Part shown: piece by piece, positions 1 to 15,900 of the stretch
Numbering within the stretch: the stretch's first letter is position 1
Layout of the letters: every line of letters begins with the position of its first letter
Assembly: GCF_009914755.1 (NCBI RefSeq)
Contig: NC_060927.1
DNA: 64,000 nucleotides
DNA from: the human T2T-CHM13v2.0 reference genome, Homo sapiens
Direction: 5' to 3' (one strand)
Program-made: the position numbers and the translations under genes
The notes under the pieces: model-generated
Databases searched by the model: none
What the model saw: the letters and a program-made list of their open reading frames with translations, nothing else
What the model was told of the DNA's origin: nothing

Positions 1-3882
<3,882 letters not shown>

Positions 3883-3969
3883 TCAACAGGCTTAAGGCCT
3901 AGAGTCACAGGTTTAATGGTGGAGTGACAGCTTCAGCGGAGACCAGAAAAGGAGGCATGCTGAACTTAC

Positions 3970-4150
3970 AGCCCCCGTGGCTCTAGCTATCTTTAAGATT
4001 TCTCTCTGTCGGGGGCTTGCACGCCCGGCTGCTGGCAGAAAGGGCCTGGACCTCCTGGTTCCCTAAGCGGAAACCTGGGCACGGCTGTACGGTTGTGGGG
4101 GGCTGGGGACGGCAGGATGCAGCCCTCTGCAGCCACTCGCTTCGCTTCCC
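3970..4150 (-). other. CACNA2D2: Candidate alternative non-coding first exon of CACNA2D2 (5' boundary approximate)
   Basis: Minus-strand donor GGCT|GTAAGT (intron from 3969) just upstream of the CpG island. I recall an N-terminally shorter CACNA2D2 isoform with an upstream first exon, but this is unverified. Confidence 0.45.
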
Positions 4151-4173
4151 TGGGCTGAACAGGCACTGTGTGC

Positions 4174-4359
4174 AGGCCTGTCCCAAGCCCCAGTTCCCGG
4201 AGTTTGCACAGCCTCTGTTTAGATTCTTCCAGAGCCAGAAAGCTCATCTCTGCACAACCCAGTCCTTTCTGTCCTGGAGGCCCCTGGCTCTTCCCTGCTG
4301 TGGGCAGAAGACTGGGGCTGGTGTCAACCTTGACTCCACAGCTTGTGGCCCTTTCAGAG
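4174..4359 (+). repeat. Local duplication A, copy 1 (186 bp)
   Basis: Ungapped match to 5996-6181 with about 10 mismatches. Confidence 0.95.
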
Positions 4360-5995
4360 CCTCAGTGTCCTCGCTTGTGAATGCCTGTGTGGGTGCCCAC
4401 TCCCATTTCCAGGATGAAGTGAGAATGGGGAGAATCTCTTGGTAAACTGAAGCATTCACAATGAGGGGAGACCATCCCTAGGATTCTACTGAAGTTACCC
4501 TGGAACCCAGCTCTGCCTCTGGTGCAGATAGGATGAGAGAATGCTCCCCACCAACTTGACACAGGGCAGGACCCCCTCAGCAATAACTGCCCACAGACCT
4601 GGCCTATCACGAGGAATGAGGGATAGTAACCAGCTGGGCAGGATGGTTCGGAAATGTCCAGATGCCCCACCTCATGGTATCAGTGGCTCTCCTATCACCC
4701 ACTCACAAGTCAGCCCAAGGAGGGCTTGCAGTTGAAAGGGAATAGTAGCCCCTGGACTGAAAAGGGTAGGGGTAGGGGCTGGAAATAGGGCCTAGGACAG
4801 CCTTCCCTTGCTGCCTAGTCCTGCCTTGGCTTCTCCAATCCCAGCAAACCAGGGCTTGACAGGGAACAGTTTCCTTCATTTCTTGAAGTGTCCTCCTCCC
4901 TTGACCTGAATGAGCCTTCAGGGGCCAGACAGGTTTGCCAGCAGATCCCAAACCATGAGACCCCAAAAAAAGTATCAGAGGAAGGCAACGCAGGGGCCAG
5001 GGGCCTGGTGGACAGGTGGGACCTGATGGACTATGGGAGACGATAGTCCAGCTCTTTGGGGGGACAAGCAGGGTCCTCACTGAGCCAGTTGCCCCCCTGC
5101 CACCTCTGGACACAATGGGAGGGCAGGGGGGCAGGGGTCCTGCTCAGGAGTCGACAAGCGTGAGCTCAACAGCTGCCTTCCCAGCCCTGCCTGCTGAGAC
5201 CTGTTCCCAGCATCTCTGTCTTCCTCATGCCCAAGGTAGGGCTGGCCTGTGATATCCTCTCTTACCTGTTTGCTGGACATATAATACCTGTGCCCATGGC
5301 CCCAGGGGACCATCATAAAGGACATCATTCCTCTTGGGTGCCCTGTCGGGGGTGGGCGCCTTCCCAAGGCAGACTCTGCAGTGGCCTGAGAAATGTGAGG
5401 GCCAGCCTCCCTGCCCTCCAACACCAGGGTAGCAACGCTATCCCCAAAGTGCCCAGGCCGTCAGGCACATGAAGTCAGTCTAGGTACAGTGGGTGGGTTT
5501 TGGCAGTTGGGTATTTCAGTTCTAGCCTCCACAGATGTGCATCTAATTGAGGCTGCTGGCACCAAGGGAAAGGCGGGAGATTTTGGTTGACAGGCCGTTA
5601 AAGGAAGACAAATAAGGAGGGGGGGGGGTAATTAAGAGTAAACAAGTGGTAAGTGTTTACGAATTATAACTTTTGAGGCTTACAACATCCTCAGCCCTCT
5701 TGGTGGCTGGCTACAGCCACACGTTAAGATCTTGGGAGAAAAATTTGAGCCTTCCCAAGGAATAGGGGGACTTCCATGGCAGGCACATTGGTAAATGTGG
5801 GGCTGCCCACCTGGCCCAAGTTGCCTGTGCTGGAAGACGTAGGGTGGCAGGGGCAGGTGAAGCTACCCTGACAGGGGGCCTGGTAGGTGCCAGTTCTGCA
5901 TGGGAGGTCAGCTCAGCAGGTCAGAAGAGACTGATAGAGCCATAGGGAGAAACTACTATGTGCCAAGCAGGCCATGGGCTCAGTTGTGCCACTCG

Positions 5996-6181
5996 AGGCC
6001 CGTCCCAAGCCCCAGCTCCCGGGGTTTGCACAGCCTCTATTTAGATTCTTCCAGAGCCAGGAAGGTCATCTCTGCACACCCTAGTCCTTTCTGTCCTGGA
6101 GGCCCCTGGCTCTTCCCTGCTGTGGGGAGAATACTGGGGCTGGTGTCAACCTTGACTCCACAGCTTGTGGCCCTTTCAGAG
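5996..6181 (+). repeat. Local duplication A, copy 2 (186 bp)
   Basis: Ungapped match to 4174-4359; both copies give near-identical peptides in the ORF track (RPVPSPSSR.LHSL.LDSSRARK...LVALSE). Confidence 0.95.
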
Positions 6182-6234
6182 GAAGCCCATCAGGAACATC
6201 CAGGACGCCTGTGGTGGCAAGATTTTCACCCTAG

Positions 6235-6831
<597 letters not shown>

Positions 6832-6952
6832 CATTCTGGACTCTTGTCGAGCGGAGCCCTGAGGCTCCCTAGTCCTTGTCACCCCTTGCAAGCCTCATGC
6901 AGTGCTTAGCCATGGGAGGGCACAGGAAGTATTAACATATAGAGTCATTTGG

Positions 6953-7271
6953 GGCCAGGCATGGTGGCTCATGCCTGTAATCCCTAGCATTATGGGAAGC
7001 CGAGGTGGGTGGATCACCTGAGGTCAGGAGTTCAAGAGCAGCCTGGCCAACATAACGAAACTCCATCTCTACCAAAAATACAAAAAAAAAAAAAAAAAAA
7101 ATTAGCCAGCTGTGGTGGCCGGCGCCTGTAGTCCCAGCTGCTCAGGAGGCTGAGGCATGAGAATCGCTTGAACTTGGGAGATGGAGGGTACCATGAGCCG
7201 AGATCGCACCATTGCACTCCAGCCTGGGTGACAGAGCAAGACTTTGTCTCAAAACAAACAAACAAAAACAA
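6953..7271 (+). mobile_element. AluS (AluSx-like) with an expanded middle A-tract
   Basis: GGCCAGGCATGGTGGCTCA start, (CAAA)n tail, TSD AGAGTCATTTG/AGAATCATTTG. Confidence 0.93.
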
Positions 7272-10200
7272 AGAATCATTTGAAGGCATGTCAAGGGAGC
7301 CCAGGGATATGCCCAGGAAGGGTGGTCTGGCCTGGTCATGAGGTGTGTCAGCTTTGACATCAGACATCACAGGTTGTGTAAGCAAGTGATTTTGCCTCTG
7401 CAAGCCCATTTCTTCATCCATATAGTGGGAGACACCCCCATGTGGCAGGGATGGTCTGAAGACCCAAAGCATCTAACACCCTGAGGGAAGACTTGGTACT
7501 TCAGCAAGGGCTTAGCGAAGGGGAGACAACAGACTCAGCCATCCCCAAGAAGGGCAGGCCGTGTATGCAGGCAGACAGGGAAATATTCCTGGAAAAGGGG
7601 GAGGGATTTCAGCTCAGTCTTGCAAGTTGAATAGGTTGGGATGGGCACATTAGGGAGAGGAGGAGGGGACATTCTTTTGGGTGAGCATGACTTGAGCCAA
7701 CATTTTCCCTTCTGAGCCCTGTTTACCCAGCTCTGCCTCCACCTGGGTCCGTTGAGCTGGCCCCAGCCTTGGCCAGTGTTCTGCTGTCCCTGCCTCATCC
7801 AGCCCACTCTAAGGTACCTATTCTCTGCCTGCTTTGTGCTGGACTTGTTGGTCCCCAAGGGCCCCCAGCTGGGATTCATTCCACGTATGGGGGACTACCA
7901 GCACTTGCACCTGCCAGTGGCTGCCATGGCTCGCTCATCAGTTCCTTGGGGATACCCAGGGATGCAATGTTCCCCAAAATGCCCCTGTCTGAGCATGGTA
8001 CAGATGCTCAGTGGCCTCCAGATGCAATCAGACAGGACCCTACCTCTGGACACGTCAATAATTTTTCAAGGATCCTTGGCGCAATATCAACCGATGGTCA
8101 GTTTAGTACCATTTACCATAATATATGGAGGGGGCTGGAGTTTAACCCTTTCAGACATTGCAAGCTGTCACTACCTGCACATTAAAGTTAGGGCCAAGTC
8201 CCAGGTCATAAACAGTCAGAACCTATAGGACCTCCTCATTAGAAAGAGGGGAAACTGAGGCCCAGAAAAGGGAGGAGACTTGCCTGAGGCTGCCTGCCCA
8301 GTGGTCAGTGCAGATCAGAGTGTGGAGCTTTGAGTCTGGACACCTGGGTCAGCATCCCAGATCTGTCTCCCTATGACCAAGGATGAGACCAGTCTCAGAG
8401 ACCCCAAACCATGGGTCTTGATGTCCCCATCCTGGCCTCTGAAGGGAAGCCCATAAACCAGCATTGGGCCATGGAAAAATCATGCCTCCCTGTACGGCAG
8501 TGGAAGCCCCCTGGTTAGACCTCCATCATCCCAAGAGTCTCTGAACTGAGATTATTTGACTGAGCAAGGGAGGATGCTGGTTAATTGAGCAGGTTCTGGC
8601 AAGTATAAGAGGCTTGATCCTTGGCCCCTGGGAGCTCCCCACTTGGTGGGGGAATGTGATACACAGGAAAAACATGGTGAGTACCTCAAACCACACATAA
8701 TTACATCATGTCGGTGAAAAAAAGCAAGTGGTCCCTCAGTGTTCTGAGGAGGCCCAGGTGATCAGGGAAGGCTTCCTGGACAAGGGGACCTTGAAGCTGG
8801 CACAGAAGGGTACGAAGGGCTTGGACAAATGAATGGCTGGAGGTGGGAAAAAAGAGTGTCCCTGGCAGAGGGTCTGAGCAAAGGCCTGAGACAGAAGTGA
8901 GCTGGCCCTCTTCCCTGGGGGCAGGCACAGCTCCCCTGGGGGGTGCATGCCTGAGTAAGTGAGCTCCTGGCAGAGGCAGGGAGAGAGGTGGTGTAGCCTC
9001 ACAGGCAGCATGGGGCAAGGCTCAGCTGGGCAGTGACAGGACAGGACAGCCTGCTCACCCCTGCATCCGGGACTCCAGGACCCTGGGTGGCTTTGTCCTT
9101 AGAGAAGGAGGAGAAACAAGTTGATCATTGGTTGTGTGAGCACAGGGAAGCTCGGCCTCACCTTCACTGCCTCAGCTACCCTCACAAAACTCAGGTCCTC
9201 CCAGCTTCAATAGGATGGAGATGGGCGCAACTGCTCAGCTAGAGGGTCTGCTCCCACCAGGAGCCCCTGCCTCAGCTGTCCCCATTGCCACTGGCAGCTG
9301 CTCCAGACAGTCTGGAGTTTTCTTCAGAGAGGTCGGGATCAACCTGCTCATTTTATAGATGAAGAAACTGAGGCCCATGGAGGGGCAGGGCTGGTCTCAA
9401 GCTTCCAGTAAGCAAAGAGACAAAGGCTCCAGGCTAAGGTCTAAGTTCCGTCCTCTGTACCTGCTCCCAGCCACTGGGGTCCTCAGAACCCTCAGAACCC
9501 TCTTTGAGAGGACCCTGGCCCAAACATCTGCCCAGGGGAGTAGGAGGCCCCTTGGTGCCACCCATGTCCCACGTGCCTTGATGTGTGTAGTGCAAGGGCC
9601 CAGAGCTGGTTTGCCCCTCCCCTAAGGCCTTCATCCCACTCTGGCAGCAGAAAATGAGGACAAATAAAAGAGAGAAATTCTCCCTTCAGAAGAGCATTAG
9701 GTGTCTGAATGGTTTCCGAATAAATAAAAGTCTCCTCAGAGCCCCTGGCCAGCACTGACAGCAGCTCTAACTCTCCACAAGATGTGTTTTTCTGCCTCTA
9801 GGTGGAAGTGAAGAGTGTCGGTGGTAGGCTAAGCCGGGCTGTGATGAGGCAGCCTTCCATCTCTGCCCAACATCCCATCAACACCTCGGCGGAATGGCCA
9901 TGGCAAATTGTCTCCTCTGATAGCTGCCCTTCCAGGCCAGTCAGAGAAGGGTGAGAAGTGGGCCCAGCCTCCCCCACCAAGGGGGTTGGGGGAGAGCTTC
10001 CTGGGCAGTTCCCTTCCCTGCCCATGGTTGGGATCCGGTTGTCAGTAATTCTGAAGACAACTGTCCCTAACTTACTTGCTCATTTTGCAACTGAGAAAAC
10101 TGAGACACAGAGGATTTTGGCGACTTGCTGAATGAAACGAGAGGGCCTGGGATGCATCTCATGAATAAGCCAGCTCTGCCCACTGTGTTAGGAGTGAGGG

Positions 10201-12646
10201 GTCTGCTTCCTCAGAGGAGGCTCTCTGAGGGCAGGGCCATACCTCATGCCATCCACCTTCCTGTTGGTAACAACAGAAGGCACTTGAGTGACTGCCCTAA
10301 GTGTAGATGGATGTGAAATGGCAGGAGAGATCAAGGCTGTAGACCCAAGGAAGTATTTTCTTCAGCACACAGGTCGGGGAAGCACCCTGAGGAGAGTCCT
10401 CAAGTCTTCTGCTTCTGCAAAAAGCACCTCTTGGCTTCTGCTCATCAACTCCTTAGGGAATTAGCCTCTGCTAGGCAGCTGTGGGGAGGGCAGGACCTGG
10501 CTCTACCGTCACTTAATTTAACTGATGGCTGCTGTTCCTGTGAGGGGCAGTTAGCACTCCATTTGTTGAACCTGGAAGATGGATGAAGCTAGGTGGTTCT
10601 TGGAACCTACAGGGGAGGATGGCACTGTATGGGGTGGAGGCAGGGCCAGGAGGAGCATCATGTCATGGGAGTCTGGAGGGCTTGAGAGGCAGCCCTGCTG
10701 CATTTGGTGAGGCGCCTGCCTCCTTGGGGTGGTGCTGGCACTCAGGCCCCTCCACCTGAGTTTCTTGGACACCGGGCAGGGAGGGGAAGGGATGCTCTCA
10801 ACCTTATAACCAATCCAGCTTTCCTATTAGCACAGGTGTAGATCTCTCCACCCCAGCATCATGGCCCCATCTGCAGTCTTCATTGCTCTCCCTAAAGCTG
10901 GGGCCTTTGAGACCTCTGCCTGTTTCCAGGCCTGAGGTGAGCTAGGGTGGGGGAGCAGAGAGCAAGGAGGCATGGGGCTCCTCACCAGCTGGTTGGAGTA
11001 ACCTAAGGATGTAGATGCTGGAAGAGCCCCTCTCAGTCTGGATCTATTGCCCCAGAAGCCAGGCTGCCAGCCTTGAACATACTCCAAATGGAGGAGGGCA
11101 TTTTCCAGCCCAGGCCTCCATGAAACCTTCAATGCTGCTGACCCAAGGGGGAATGGGTAAGCCCCTGCTGCAGAAGGTCATTCTGGATTGGAGGCTACTC
11201 TGCTGCCTCGGAGGCACAGTCAAGAGTTGGGCCCAGGCAGGGCTGGGAGTTCTCGCTCTTCAGGCCACACAAAGGGCAAAGTGAGCAGGGCTGTCCCTCC
11301 CCAAGCTTGGTGGAAACACTCCTGTCTCTCTTCTGCTAGCATGAAGTAGTACCTAGTTAAGCAAATACAAGGAGCATCTGCTCAGGAGGGAGGATGCAGG
11401 CCATGTCGTATGGCAGGAAATGGGGACAGGGATGGGAGTTGCGGGGGATAGACAGGACAGGGGCTGGCCTGGGACCATTGCCCCCAGGTGGGCTAGCTGA
11501 GGGAGGGGCATCATTGCCCCCAAAGGTGTGGGGTGGGGAAAGGGAGGCTATCCAGGGTACAAGTCCAGAAATGACTATGGCTTGTCGGGATTCTGGGTCC
11601 CGTTCCACCTGGGCCCTGAGTATGGGCAGATAGGAAACATCCTGGCCACTCTGGAGATGACTGAGCCACAGAATCCCTTTCAAAGGAAAGCAGGATCTCT
11701 GTGGACCCCTTACTGCATTCCATAGTTGGGCAAACTGAGCCTCAGAGGTTTGGGGTAGGCCCAAAGTTACCCAGTAAGCAGTAGAGACCAGGTCCCAGGT
11801 CCCCCTGGGTCCTTGCTTGGGGCCATCCATGGCCTTGTCTGATGGTTAGAGCTGGCCCATGTTCCCATCTTGGGTGTCTGTTTTCCACTTGCTGATAAGG
11901 AGCTTATACTGAGGTCGGCAGAGCAAGGCAGGTGCCAGGACAAATGCAGAGAGCAGAGGGCTCCTCGGTGGCCTAGACAGACCCTAGAGATCTGGGAGCC
12001 CCCAAGGCAGAACTAAACCCTCTCTCCTCCCAGAGAGTTTTGCTGGGCTCCAGGCCCCAGAAGGGGTGCTTGGGAGGCTGTACCTGCACAGGCTAGTGAG
12101 AGTCCAGAAGAGAGTGAGGAGGCTCCTACCTACTTATGTTCCCACCAGCTGGAAGCCCCTCCCCTCCCCCTGCCATGGCCTTGCTGAGCCCTGCTTGGCA
12201 GCTCCAAAGCACCATCTTGCTGAGGTCTTAATTTCCAAATGAGTGAGGAGGAGCTTCAGGGAGGCAGAGGCGGGGGGAAGGCTCACTGAGAGAGACCTCA
12301 GGGAGGATCGCCATGTGGACTCAGCAGTTTGCAACAAGCCACCAAGGTCTTACCTGAAAATCTAAGCTGGCTGCTGTGGGGTGGCTGGGAGCAGGCCATG
12401 GACAGGAAAGACTGGCAGTGAGTCAGGCGTGGGGCAAGAGTGGAAGGTAGAACCCAAACACCAGGGCAACGGGTATGCCAGGCATGCTCACCCCTCAGAG
12501 TGTAGGGCATTATCAAGTGTTGATGAATGAATAAATGACTATGTAATCATATGTCACCTCCATCACGCTGAGGCCTGGGGTCAGGCCTGGCATGTGTGAC
12601 CCCTGCCAGTCCTGCAGGTCAGATCCCTGGGAATAAGATGAACGCT

Positions 12647-12948
<302 letters not shown>

Positions 12949-15900
12949 GTTGAACCCTGCCTTCAGAACTCCATGTAACCTCCTCCCAGGCTGCCCTGCT
13001 GTTCCCTGCCAGCCACATCTCTCTGATTAGATTCAGAGCTCCCTGTAAGCCCCAGGCACTCAGTGGTCCCCTCTCCCAACAAACGCACACGCACTACTGC
13101 TGTTCTCCTGGACGTGCCAGGGTAGCTGCTGCCCATTCAGGCTGGTCTGGCTGTCGCATAGAAAGCTGGACAGCTCTAGGGTCTTCTTACCCCAGGCTCT
13201 GCTCACCCCTCAAGCCCCTAAGCCTGTTCTTGGCACAGGCTTGGGACCACAGGGACCACACTGTGACCTCACTGAGTCTTGCTGCGGTACCCATAAGTAG
13301 GCCCCGAGGGGCTAGACCCCAGGCTGGAGTGCCCCTGTTCCTAACCTCCCCTGGGGACTATATGTTCACTGTACAGATGAAAAGGGCTTGCCCCAGGTCA
13401 CTGGGGCTTGTGATTTTCAAGTAAGAATTCCTGATGTTTCCTCCAGAATAATAACCCCCATCACCACTGCCTCCTCTTCAACCCCTTCATCCCCACTTCC
13501 TACCAGGCACTGGGCCAGAAGGATGTCTAATTCTCAAAACAGCTTTCCAGGTAGGTAGCATTAGCCCCATTGCCCCATTGGGCAGATGAAGAAACTGATG
13601 CTCCAGTAGTTCTGAGTGGCTTGCTTAAGGCTGGCTGGGAAGCAGCAAAGATGGGCTCCAACTCCCGATCCAGCTCCTCCTGGGTTGATTCATGAGGAGC
13701 ATATTGTAATCTTTTTTTTTAGTAAGCCCATTTTATCTCAATATGCAAAACTATGCACATGGAATGCAAATTATTAGAAAAGCTCCCAGGGTGACAGTGC
13801 AGCCTTTGGGTTTCACCAATGATCCAACAATTCGGCGGCCTCTCTCTCACTTTAGCTGAGCCTCTCTACTCTGCCTCCCCACCAAGGTACCTCTGGGGAG
13901 GGCTTTGCAGGAGAGAGTTGAAGATTTGTTGACACACGGCCAGTGAGGTGAGCAGCCTCAGACCCCATGAATGAGGCAAGGGTCCTATGCCCAGCCCCCT
14001 TCCTGCCTCCCCTGCCCCTTATTGGACTCCTTGAGGCTTAGAGTTGAACATCTGCACTTTGGTGTGCATGAGGACAGGGGCTGCTTTCTGCTGCCAGAAT
14101 ATGGGAAGGCTTTCTGGAGGTGGAGTAGAGAAGGACATTCCAGATGAAGGGAACATTGGAGAACTAGTAAAAGGTGTTGAGGTAGGATCTGCTCCAGGGA
14201 AAGCCAGTGAAGCATTGAAGGTCTGCTCTGTTTCGAGGAATGAGGCTTCTCCATGATGAAAGAGCCCTTTCCATCAGAGCAGGCAGGACAGGAGGCTGGG
14301 AGGCGGGTGACCAGGCTAGATCCAAGCTGCGGCCACAAATCATGGGAGAAATGTCCCATGAGCACAGGGTGGAAAGGACAGTCATCCAGCACCTTGGCCT
14401 GATTCACGGCTAGAGAGGCAGCAGACATCCACCGGGCCCAGGTAACCTTGAGCTTGTTAGCTAACGTCACTGCATCTCAGTCTTCTTGAAGGTAAAATGG
14501 GTTCAGTAAACTCCACTCCTCATCTTCCTCTCAGAGCTGCTGGGAGGCCACTGGGGGCTTCACCCATTGCTGAATCATAAAGCATTTATGGAAAGGCTGT
14601 ACTCGTGGTGTCCTCCAGACCTGCAGAGGGAGGCAGGGCAGGAATGCCACCACCACCCCTACACACACACACTCCCCGGTGTCTGGCACATGCCAAACAC
14701 CCCCACTCAGCCAGCTAGGAACAGAGCCCCAAGCCAAGGTTAGGGCCAGGCTCAGGGTCCATTTCAGTGATAGGTCAGCAAGGAGGGCAGCACGTGGAGG
14801 CCTCCCTGCCTGTTTCTGAGGTGCACAGGGAAAGTGGCGTGGCCTGCGGTGAGCAATGGTGGAAGCAGAGTCTCAGAGAGAGAGACTCCAAGACAGACAA
14901 ACAGAAAGGGCCCAGAGGTGGGTGGCTGAGCTCAGTATGGAATCTTACCTTCTGTTAGAAAGGCCCCGAGAGGGTCTGGTAAATTGATCAGACAGGGGCA
15001 GCTTCCAGGCAGGGAGGGGATCCATGGAAGCTGGGTCTACCCATTCCAGGACACTGCATTTCAAACTGATTTTAAAGCAACAAGGAATTATTTTTAAACT
15101 AAATTGGATGCAGATCCCTAATATATGCCAGATTGAAGTAGAGTTGTTGTGATGGAGGGTGGTCAGGGGGTTGAGAGGCTCCCAGGACAGAATCAGGGTG
15201 CATGCCCTGCACTGGAGGTGGTACAGGTGCTGGGCAGAGGCTTCTGCCCCTGACACGGTCTGGACTGTGGTTTCCACTCTCCTAGGATCACCTTGTGAAA
15301 AGCCTTTTACAGCCGTGGGCTTCATGTTCTCATCTGCAGAACGGGAGCTCTTGGTACCCCGGCCCAGCTTGCCCCTCAGTTGCCAGAACAACTGTGGGGG
15401 CAGAGAGCCCTCTCTCTCAGGCTGCCCCACTTCATGGAGAGGGGGGCAGGTATTTATTCATCCTCCCTAAGAACTGAGGTCTTGGCGAACTCATCTGCCT
15501 CCCAGCTCAGCTAATTGGAATCAGTTCCCCATTTCTCCTCTGCCTCTCAGTAAATTATGCGAATTCCCCCAGTCAGAGGCCTGGGTGATGGACAGCCCTG
15601 TCACAGCAGCCTAAGTGTTTAGAGAGCAATTGTTCTGGGGAAGGCTGCCATTCCTCAAGCGTGTGCTGTGCGGGGGGCCACGAGGAGAGCCAGCCCGGCC
15701 CTGCTGCTGCCCCTGTCCCTGCCCCTGTCCTTGCTCCTCTGCCCGCCCCTTTCCCCACCGCTGCCCCTGCCCAGCCACCAGAGCCTGCTCCGCCCAGCCA
15801 GCCAAGCATGGGCTTCCGGTACGTTATCCTTGTCATAACAATCAGAGCAGCCGAGAGGTATTGCTCTTAAACCCTCAACACACATTTTTATAACCTTTCT

